In this document: positions 56,644 to 64,000 of the stretch, piece after piece
Layout of the letters: each line of letters opens with the position of its first letter
Position numbering within the stretch: position 1 is the first letter of the stretch
Translations under genes and position numbers: made by a program
Notes under the pieces: generated by a model
Told to the model about the DNA's origin: nothing
Databases searched by the model: none
The model's input: only the letters and a program-made list of their open reading frames with translations
Source of the DNA: Patescibacteria group bacterium
Lineage (GTDB): Bacteria > Patescibacteriota > Minisyncoccia > JAHIHE01 > JAGLIN01
Assembly (NCBI GenBank): GCA_041670805.1
Contig: JBAXYM010000002.1
Span: 1,309-65,308, forward strand
Reading direction: 5' to 3'
Length of the DNA: 64,000 nt

Positions 56644-57936
56644 TCATAAATTACGCTTTTCCTTTCTCAGAATACTCATATTCTGAGGCTTTTTATTTAT
56701 CCCAATAAATACCTCTCGCCCCTGCCCGCCGTGCGCCGACTCCAATTTTTCCAAAGTCTTATCGTCATAAATCGCTCGGATCTTGCAAAAAAAGTTTTCG
56801 CCTCGGGGCTGCAAAACTTGAATTTTATCTCCGCGAAAAAGCGCGTTATGGACGCGGATTTTTACACGGCAAGGACAGCCCTTTGGATGCGGTAAGGACT
56901 GTCCTTCTGCCCATCCTTCGGCGCTCACGACTTCGCCCACGAATTCATATTTTTCTTCGAGATGAGAGAAATTTGTTTCCTGTCCGCTTTCTTTGCACTC
57001 GCCAAAAAGAAATCCGGTCGTATATCCGCGATTCACTATTTCCGTCAGCTCTTTTTTGATCTTGCGGATTTTTTGTTTTCTGCTCTTGTCGCCCGGCTTG
57101 ATATCCAGCGCGGTGCGATAAGACTTCACCGCCTGCGCGAGATAGGAGACGCTTTTTGCCCGACCCTCGATCTTGAAAGAAGTTATCCCCGCATCTTTTA
57201 GCTCATCCAAATATTCCACCAGACACAAATCCTTGGAATTGAGCAGATAAGATCCGAAATTATCCTGCTCGACCGGAATATATTCCCCCGGTTTCTTTTC
57301 TTCAACCAGCGCGTAGCCGAAGCGGCAATTTTGCGCGCAATCACCCAAATTGGAACTCCGCCCCGTCTGCCAAGCGCTTAGAAAACAGCGGCCGGAATAC
57401 GCCATACACATCGCGCCGTGGACGAAATATTCCAGCTCCATCGCCGGCACCGCCTCGTGAATCTCGCGGATTTCTTCCAGAGAAAGCTCCCGCGCCAGAA
57501 TAACCCTGGTCGCGCCGTATTTTTTCCAAAACTTGACCGCCTCCGCATTGGTCGTGTTGGCCTGAGTCGAAACATGTATCGGCACCTTGGGATAGACTTT
57601 TCTAATCGTTTCCATTACGCCGATGTCCGAAACGATAAACGCATCCGGCAGACAGTTTTTATAAATCTTCAGATGCTTTTTCAGTTCAACCAAATGACGA
57701 TTATGCGCAAAGATATTCGCCGTCAAATAGATTTTCTTTTTCTTTTTATGTACAAAATCTATCGCCTCCAAAATATTCTCGTCGTCAAATCCGCGAATTC
57801 TCGACCGCAGCGAAAAATCCGGCACGCCCGCATAGACCGCATCCGCCCCGAACTCCAACGCGTACTTTATTTTTTCCAAATTTCCCGCCGGAGCGAGAAG
57901 CTCAAATTGTTTATTATTTTTTTTGGCTGTTTTCAT
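56644..57936 (-). CDS. U32-family peptidase (collagenase-like / YhbU-YegQ-type).
   Basis: ELLAPAGNLE N-terminus and U32 signature (E..VHGAMCMAYSGRCFLS). Confidence 0.85.
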   Translation of the reverse strand: MKTAKKNNKQFELLAPAGNLEKIKYALEFGADAVYAGVPDFSLRSRIRGFDDENILEAIDFVHKKKKKIYLTANIFAHNRHLVELKKHLKIYKNCLPDAFIVSDIGVMETIRKVYPKVPIHVSTQANTTNAEAVKFWKKYGATRVILARELSLEEIREIHEAVPAMELEYFVHGAMCMAYSGRCFLSAWQTGRSSNLGDCAQNCRFGYALVEEKKPGEYIPVEQDNFGSYLLNSKDLCLVEYLDELKDAGITSFKIEGRAKSVSYLAQAVKSYRTALDIKPGDKSRKQKIRKIKKELTEIVNRGYTTGFLFGECKESGQETNFSHLEEKYEFVGEVVSAEGWAEGQSLPHPKGCPCRVKIRVHNALFRGDKIQVLQPRGENFFCKIRAIYDDKTLEKLESAHGGQGREVFIGINKKPQNMSILRKEKRNL

Positions 57937-58064
57937 AGAATGAAGTTCATTAACAGTTTATTTTATTAAAATTGCACCGCAGAAACAAGCGAAGTGACTT
58001 TCCTTTGCTTTTGCTCAAAAATATATTATCATTAAATACAGTTAAAGGCTAATTTCAAAAGGAA

Positions 58065-59429
58065 ATGAAAGAAGATACGAATTACGATGCAATTGTCGCG
58101 GGAGCCGGCATCAGCGGACTCTTGACCGCTCTGGCGCTCAGCAAGGAAGGCAAGAGAGTTTTGGTCATAGAAAAAAGCGACGTGCTGGGGGGAAACTGCC
58201 GCACCTATGAAGTCGACGGCTATCATATCGATACCGGACCGCACGCCATTACCGGGCTGGACGACGGACCTCTGCAAATTTTGATGGACAAATACTTCGA
58301 CAGGCAGCCGAAGTTTGTGCCGATTGGCAATTACTATGTCCGCGACGGAAAGGATTTCCAAGAGATACCGTTTACAGTCGTACAATTGGCAAATTTCAGT
58401 ATACTTTCCAAAATCGACCGCATGCGTTTCCTTGCGATATTGATTGACGGCATCGCATCCTCGTCAAATTCGATTACAAAACACAGATTGCAGACAAATG
58501 TGTATGATTTTATAAAAAGCTACGGTTTTTCAACCAAGGCATTGCATTATATGGATGCTCTCGCCTATTTCCTGAGCGGCAAGTCCATGCAAGAAACCCC
58601 TGCATGGAGAATGCTCGGCGGATACGGCGGTCTCGACGAAAAAAAAGGGCAATCGATTAAAAGCAAAAGGCCCGCGGAAAGAATCAAGAAATTTTTTGTA
58701 AATGATTTTAAAACTCACGGTTATCCCATGGGAGGCCTTCAAGCGATCACGGATGCGCTTCTCGAGTCTATGCCGAAAGACAAGGTCGCTTTTCGAAAAA
58801 ACGAAGAGGTCAAAGAAATCATCACCGATCGGGGCCGCGTCACGGGGGTCAAAACCGATAAAGGCAGCTACGCTTCCGACCTCGTCATTTATTCCGGATT
58901 TACAAAAGACCTGCCCAAAATTGTAAAAGGTCTGGAAAATTCCTACAAAGCGAATTTGGATAAAATAGAACAGTCTCACAGTATGGTTTTGTGGCTTGGG
59001 CTTAAAGAAAAAATGCCGGAATTCTCTTACGTCGGCTCGGAGGTGTATTTCAATACGAACACACCCTACTGGGCAATCCCGATTACCAACTATGATCCCG
59101 GTATGGCTCCGAAAGGCAAACAGCTGATCGGTTTTATGGCGGCATTCATAGAGGACAGCGAACAAAAACAATTGCAAAAACTTCGTGGCGTAATTTACAA
59201 GGCCATCCCCGAGATAAAATCCAAAATAGAATTCGAGCACGTCCAAGTGACCATTCCTGAAAAAGCCGCTATCACTGTCAACGGAAGATTTCCTTCACCC
59301 AAATCTCCCATCGACGGACTTTACCTGGTAGGTACCGACACCGACACCCGTTCCATGGGCGTGACCCGCGCCTCTTACTCGGTCTCGGAAGCGCTAAAAT
59401 TTATGAGAGAAGACGGCGTTTTGAAATAA
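58065..59429 (+). CDS. FAD/NAD(P)-dependent oxidoreductase, phytoene-desaturase/amine-oxidase-like family.
   Basis: YDAIVAGAGISGLLTALALSKEGKRVLVIEKSDVLGGN dinucleotide-binding fold. Confidence 0.6.
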   Translation: MKEDTNYDAIVAGAGISGLLTALALSKEGKRVLVIEKSDVLGGNCRTYEVDGYHIDTGPHAITGLDDGPLQILMDKYFDRQPKFVPIGNYYVRDGKDFQEIPFTVVQLANFSILSKIDRMRFLAILIDGIASSSNSITKHRLQTNVYDFIKSYGFSTKALHYMDALAYFLSGKSMQETPAWRMLGGYGGLDEKKGQSIKSKRPAERIKKFFVNDFKTHGYPMGGLQAITDALLESMPKDKVAFRKNEEVKEIITDRGRVTGVKTDKGSYASDLVIYSGFTKDLPKIVKGLENSYKANLDKIEQSHSMVLWLGLKEKMPEFSYVGSEVYFNTNTPYWAIPITNYDPGMAPKGKQLIGFMAAFIEDSEQKQLQKLRGVIYKAIPEIKSKIEFEHVQVTIPEKAAITVNGRFPSPKSPIDGLYLVGTDTDTRSMGVTRASYSVSEALKFMREDGVLK

Positions 59430-59440
59430 AATGTTTATCA

Positions 59441-59469
59441 AAAAAACAGACACAGGTTCTGTTTTTTTG
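59441..59469. terminator. Bidirectional terminator hairpin between the convergent genes.
   Basis: AAAAAACAGA-cacaggt-TCTGTTTTTT. Confidence 0.45.
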
Positions 59470-59487
59470 TTTACCCGAGCAGCATTC

Positions 59488-59563
59488 GGACCACACCAGA
59501 AATGGTGTGAAATGCCGGATGGAACGTTCTTGTGCGGCATTCACACCATTTCTGGTGTGGTCC
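59488..59563. repeat. Family-A element, copy 16.
   Basis: Full arms. Confidence 0.9.
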
Positions 59564-59570
59564 GAAATCA

Positions 59571-60119
59571 TTACTCGAACATCTCTTTCAATTCCAAAAA
59601 CCTCCCAAACGACTCCTCTCCGTATCCCCTGAATTCCTCCTCAATCGTTTCCAGAGTGTCTTTCTTCCCCGGTGTTTTGCTGCTGAATTTATCGGCGTAG
59701 CAAATAATCTTTTCCTCCAAAGAAACCGGCAGAAAATCTTCGTGCGGCAAATTCCAACCATTGGCGATAATATCCTCTTTGGCAAGCCCCGAACCGGTAT
59801 GCCGTTTGGCGATAAACGATTCTTTTTCCAAACCTTCTCTTGCCAAAATCTCCGCGCCGATAATGCCGTGTCGAATATAGTTTTTCAGATCGGGCACGCC
59901 CCTCTTTTGAAAATCCTCGTCCGCGAAAAATTCCAGTGCGCCGATGTCGTGCAAAATAGATCCGGAAATTATCAGATCAAAATCTACCTTGTCGTACAGC
60001 TTTTTTCGATTCACGATTTCTATGCTTTTTGCGAGCACCTCCAGACTGTGGCGAAGCACGATCTCAAAGGCCTTCTCCGAGGTCGAATATTTTTTCAAAA
60101 TTTCAAAATTTTTATTCAT
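59571..60119 (-). CDS. HD-domain (HDIG) phosphohydrolase.
   Basis: H...HD motif (ILHDIGALE) with downstream His and Asp residues. Confidence 0.65.
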   Translation of the reverse strand: MNKNFEILKKYSTSEKAFEIVLRHSLEVLAKSIEIVNRKKLYDKVDFDLIISGSILHDIGALEFFADEDFQKRGVPDLKNYIRHGIIGAEILAREGLEKESFIAKRHTGSGLAKEDIIANGWNLPHEDFLPVSLEEKIICYADKFSSKTPGKKDTLETIEEEFRGYGEESFGRFLELKEMFE

Positions 60120-60142
60120 AAATTGTTTATAACCGGCTTAAA

Positions 60143-60151
60143 TGATATAAT
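60143..60151 (+). promoter_or_regulatory. Extended -10 promoter element (TGaTATAAT) upstream of the second gpmI.
   Basis: TGATATAAT about 40 nt upstream of the ATG. Confidence 0.4.
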
Positions 60152-60189
60152 CATATTAGCAATTTAAGCTCTAAGTGTAAATAATCAAA

Positions 60190-61758
60190 ATGCAAAAAGT
60201 AATTCTCGTCATATTGGACGGCTGGGGCATAAGCAGGGAGGTGGCGGGAAACGCCATCAGGAACGCCCGAACTCCCAATATGGATATGCTGATGTCGTAT
60301 TTTCCCAATACCGTTTTGCAGGCCTCGGGAATCTCCGTCGGGCTGCCTTGGGGCACGATGGGAAATTCCGAAGTCGGACACCTCACTATCGGCAGCGGAA
60401 AAGTGGTGTATCAGAGCCTGCCACGCGTGACCATTTCCATTCAAGACGGCTCTTTTTTCGAGAAAGAGGCGTTGCTGCAAAGTATAAAACACGCCCAAGA
60501 AAACAATTCCTGCATTCACCTCCTCGGACTGTTGAGCGCGGGCAGCGTCCACAGCCACATCAACCACCTTTACGCGCTCTTAAAGCTCTTGAAGATGAAA
60601 AATTTTCCCGCCGAAAAAGTGCTGATACACGTTTTTACTGACGGCAGAGATGTCGACCTTCACTCGGGAATAGATTACATCGCCGAGCTGGAAAAAAATA
60701 TCAAGACGGAGGGCTTCCCGGGAAGGATCGCCAGTGTGATGGGAAGATATTACGCGATGGATCGCAATGAGAATTGGGACCGAACGGCGAAGGCTTACGC
60801 TTGCATGGCAAAGGGCGAGGGTAAACAGGCGGATACGGCGCGCGCGGCGATACTGGAATCTTACGATCGAGAAAAAAGCGACGAATTCGTCGAACCGGTA
60901 ATCATCAAAGACGCAACGGGAAAAGTCAGCACTGTCGGATACGGAGACTCGGTTATACTTTTCAATATCCGCGAAGACCGCGCCCGGCAAATCACCAAAG
61001 CGTTTGTCCTTGACGATTTCAATCATTTTGCAAGGGGAGAAAAAATAGAGGGACTGAATTTTACCACAATGATAGAATATGAAAAAGATTTGCCCGTAAA
61101 TGTGGTTTTTCCTCCCGAGAAAGTAGAAGCGCCTCTGGGCAAAATGTTAAGCGTAGCGGGAGTAAAACAACTCCGAATTGCGGAAACGGAAAAATATGCC
61201 CACGTCACTTACTTCTTCAACGGCGGCGAAGAGAAGCCTTACCCCGGAGAATTTCGAATGCTCGTCCCTTCTCCCAATGTCGAAAGCTACGACCAGACGC
61301 CTCGAATGAGCGCCGAAGAAGTAACCAATAATGTCATCGGGGCGATAGAAGGAAAAGAATACGGTTTTATTTTGGTAAATTTCGCCAACCCCGATATGGT
61401 CGGGCACACGGGAAATATCAAAGCGGCAATAGAAGCGATAGAATTTGTGGATGGATGCGTCGGAAGTATTTATAAGAAAGCCGCAGAAAATGATACAGTG
61501 CTAATTGTAACCGCCGATCACGGCAACGCGGAGGAAATGATCAACACCCGCACCGGCGAAATACTCACCGAACACACCACCAATCCCGTACCTTTCATTT
61601 TGGCAGACCCCCGCCGTCGATTTGAATATCCGCAAAAGCTCGGGCAGAGCAAAGACATAAACGGAATATTGAGTGACATCGCCCCCACGATTTTGGATAT
61701 TATGGAAATCCCCGAACCGAAAGATATGACGGGAACGAGTTTGTTGAGAAGTATGTAA
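60190..61758 (+). CDS. gpmI: 2,3-bisphosphoglycerate-independent phosphoglycerate mutase (iPGM), copy 2 (divergent paralog).
   Basis: VILVILDGWG, GNSEVGHLTIGSGK catalytic Ser, HVFTDGRD, ADHGN. Confidence 0.85.
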   Translation: MQKVILVILDGWGISREVAGNAIRNARTPNMDMLMSYFPNTVLQASGISVGLPWGTMGNSEVGHLTIGSGKVVYQSLPRVTISIQDGSFFEKEALLQSIKHAQENNSCIHLLGLLSAGSVHSHINHLYALLKLLKMKNFPAEKVLIHVFTDGRDVDLHSGIDYIAELEKNIKTEGFPGRIASVMGRYYAMDRNENWDRTAKAYACMAKGEGKQADTARAAILESYDREKSDEFVEPVIIKDATGKVSTVGYGDSVILFNIREDRARQITKAFVLDDFNHFARGEKIEGLNFTTMIEYEKDLPVNVVFPPEKVEAPLGKMLSVAGVKQLRIAETEKYAHVTYFFNGGEEKPYPGEFRMLVPSPNVESYDQTPRMSAEEVTNNVIGAIEGKEYGFILVNFANPDMVGHTGNIKAAIEAIEFVDGCVGSIYKKAAENDTVLIVTADHGNAEEMINTRTGEILTEHTTNPVPFILADPRRRFEYPQKLGQSKDINGILSDIAPTILDIMEIPEPKDMTGTSLLRSM

Positions 61759-61809
61759 AACTTTCCCAGTGTTTTGAATTATGGAAGATATGGCATCCGT
61801 TCCCTTACA

Positions 61810-62040
61810 TGTCCCGGAATTTGCGCAACAGAAAGCCAGCATTTGCATCCGGACCACACCAGAAATGGTGTGAAATATTACGCAAGAACGTTTTGTCCTG
61901 CGTGGTTCACACCATTTCTGATGTGGTCCATAAATCCATAATGCAAAATACACTCGTAAAAATGAAATACAACACTTGTCTTGCACGGCTACGGGATTCC
62001 GGATATTTCGGAGTACCGAAATTCCGGAATGACAGATAAT
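61810..62040. repeat. Family-B half-elements flanking A copy 17.
   Basis: Left ATGTCCCGGAATTTGCGCAACAGAAAG; right GGGATTCCGGATATTTCGGAGTACCGAAATTCCGGAATGACAGATAAT. Confidence 0.65.
61851..61929. repeat. Family-A element, copy 17 (nested between family-B half-elements).
   Basis: Full arms. Confidence 0.9.
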
Positions 62041-62129
62041 TGATTTTATTTTTTAATTTGGCTAAAAGCAGCGATTCAAAATGCAGATGGGTCAGGGATT
62101 TTTCGACAAAAAAATAACCGCCAGTCCGG

Positions 62130-62819
62130 TTATTTTTTTGCTTCTTTATCGCGCCAGTCCTTAATTTTCCGATGGTGTCCGCTTAAGAGTATCTCGGGCA
62201 CTTCCCATTTGACTCCCCGCTTGGGAGAAAAAACTTCCGGCTTGGTGAACTGCGGATACTCCAAATATCCCTCACTGGAAAAAGATTCCTCCACGATTGA
62301 CTCCTCGTTGCCCAAAACCCCGGGCAGAAGTCGCACAACCGAATCCACAACCGCCATCGCCGGAATTTCCCCGCCGGTCAAAACATAATCGCCGATAGAA
62401 ACTTCTTCATCCACCAGATATTTTGCCACGCGCTCATCCACGCCTTCATATCTGCCGCAAATGAGGACGACTCTTTCAAGCTTGGCATAATCCCGTGCTT
62501 TTGCCTGAACATATCGTTCCCCTTTGGCGGAGAAAAGCACTATCTTGGTTTTTGATTTTTTGCTTTTTCGCCAACATGGCAAATTATTTTTCCCCACAAC
62601 AGAAACCAGCGCTTTGTAAATCGGCTCCAACTTGAGCACCATCCCCGCGCCGCCGCCATAAGGAGTATCATCCACGGTCAAATGTTTGTCCTCCGTAAAA
62701 TCGCGCAAATTATGCACCACGACTTCGACAGCCCCCTGCTTTTGCGCGCGCGCGACAATACTCTCGCCAAAATACGAATCAAAGATTTCCGGAAAGATGG
62801 TTATGATATCGAAACGCAT
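62130..62819 (-). CDS. trmD: tRNA (guanine37-N1)-methyltransferase.
   Basis: [12 protein letters not shown]-terminus and a SPOUT-knot C-terminal region ([20 protein letters not shown]). Confidence 0.9.
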   Translation of the reverse strand: MRFDIITIFPEIFDSYFGESIVARAQKQGAVEVVVHNLRDFTEDKHLTVDDTPYGGGAGMVLKLEPIYKALVSVVGKNNLPCWRKSKKSKTKIVLFSAKGERYVQAKARDYAKLERVVLICGRYEGVDERVAKYLVDEEVSIGDYVLTGGEIPAMAVVDSVVRLLPGVLGNEESIVEESFSSEGYLEYPQFTKPEVFSPKRGVKWEVPEILLSGHHRKIKDWRDKEAKK

Positions 62820-63052
62820 AAAAATAATTGATAATTAATAATTGAAAACCTGTAACTGATCGCCCACCCCGAAAGACACTGCCAAAAAGATTCCGTCCCG
62901 CATCAGAACTCCGGATTCGCCATGCGAAGTTTATCGGTCCATATATGCAAGCGGTAACATAATCCCAACCGTATGTATCCAATCAAAACCCACATATCCG
63001 AAACAAGGTCATATGCAATATATTGTATTACAACAAACACCGACTTTGCATT

Positions 63053-63131
63053 CGGACCACACCAGAAATGGTGTGAAATACTGCGCAAGAACGTCTTATC
63101 CTGCGTGGTTCACACCATTTCTGGTGCGATC
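63053..63131. repeat. Family-A element, copy 18.
   Basis: Full arms with TTTGCATTC|...|CATAATTCAAAATAC flanks. Confidence 0.9.
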
Positions 63132-63267
63132 CCATAATTCAAAATACACCGGATATGTCAGAGATCGTTTATCGGATCAGAACCCATAAATTACGTATAA
63201 TCCAAAATATTCAAAACTTTATCTCAAACATTCAAAATTTCTTTTCTTGTGCGATAGAACCTCGGCA

Positions 63268-63897
63268 TTAAAACAAACTGCCTTGTTTAAAAAGCTTCTT
63301 CTCTTCTTTTACCGCCGCCGGAATGTCTATGATTTTCTTTTCCCTGAGCGCGAAAAAACATCTGGCGCAGGCACTTGTGTCCACCAGCGCATCATGCGCA
63401 TCCTCGAAATCTTTGCCGAAAAGCTTAATATGCAACTCGGAAAGTCTGGGCCATTTGTACCCGCCGCTGGTGGAAGATATGGCACAAAAATCTACCGACG
63501 CAAGCATGGTGCAAAGACGCTCAGTCTGAAAAAGCCCGTTTTCCATCTCGCCGCGCAAAAACTCCGCTCCCATAATTTTTTCATCAAAGCTCATATTGTG
63601 CGCCACCAACAAGTCCGCCTCGCTGATCTTTTTGGAAAATTCCTCCAGCACGAAACGCAAATCTTCGCCCTCGGTCAGAGCCCGCTCGTTGGTTATGCCG
63701 TGAACCTTTGCGGATTCGAGCGGTATCACAAACCCCTCGGGCTTGACGATATGCGCGCCCTCGTCCAGTTTATCGCCGCTTTCGTCATACAAAATCCATG
63801 CCAGCTGCACCAGGCGCGGCCAGTTGTTCAACTGCGTAACCGGCGCGTTCCAATCGCGTGGCAATCCCGTAGTTTCCGTATCAAAAAATAGATACAT
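63268..63897 (-). CDS. DnaQ-like 3'-5' exonuclease (DEDDh).
   Basis: Exo I FFDTETTG, Exo II (HNMSFD) and Exo III (HDALVDTSA). Confidence 0.8.
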   Translation of the reverse strand: MYLFFDTETTGLPRDWNAPVTQLNNWPRLVQLAWILYDESGDKLDEGAHIVKPEGFVIPLESAKVHGITNERALTEGEDLRFVLEEFSKKISEADLLVAHNMSFDEKIMGAEFLRGEMENGLFQTERLCTMLASVDFCAISSTSGGYKWPRLSELHIKLFGKDFEDAHDALVDTSACARCFFALREKKIIDIPAAVKEEKKLFKQGSLF

Positions 63898-63960
63898 AGA
63901 GATTCAATAATTTATTACTTTTCCATTATAGGATAAATTCGGCAAAAATGGAAATCTAAT

Positions 63961-64000
63961 GATTCTGGGACTTACGCGTTTAGATTGTCGTTGCGAGAAG
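63961..64000. repeat. Inverted copy of the 9352 repeat, truncated by the window edge.
   Basis: GATTCTGGGACTTACGCGTTTAGATTGTCGTTGCGAGAAG. Confidence 0.6.

Overview
This 64-kb window is dense, mostly minus-strand housekeeping DNA. The gene content points to a small-genome, fermentative bacterium, possibly a Patescibacteria/CPR-like lineage; that taxonomic reading is an inference from gene content only.

Recognisable genes:
- Lower glycolysis: two divergent gpmI (iPGM) paralogs, eno, pgk, gap, tpiA.
- Energy and redox: porG/porD, a fused ADP-forming acetyl-CoA synthetase, gdhA, trxB, a ferredoxin, trxA.
- A complete F0F1 ATP synthase operon: atpB, atpE, atpF, atpH, atpA, atpG, atpD, atpC.
- Translation, chaperone and transcription functions: cysK, tig, clpP, nusA, trmD, rplY, ppaC.
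- Membrane and envelope functions: lgt, a P-type ATPase, a Mur-ligase-like protein.
- A putative operon (likely co-transcribed) encoding a type IV coupling-protein-like ATPase, a prepilin-type pilin, an unknown membrane-anchored protein and a sigma-70-region-4/HARE-HTH DNA-binding protein.

The most striking property is not a gene. Almost every intergenic spacer is filled with nested palindromic repeats resembling MITEs (miniature inverted-repeat transposable elements). There are at least six families, and no transposase gene is present in the window.
- Family A is an ~80-nt near-perfect palindrome, GGATCACACCAGAAATGGTGTGAA...TTCACACCATTTCTGGTGTGATCC, with 18 copies.
- Family A copies are often inserted inside a larger element (family B) that has TGTCAT termini.
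- Repeat copies also sit inside the ATP synthase operon spacers and flank ppaC as an inverted pair.

No tRNA, rRNA or CRISPR array was found.
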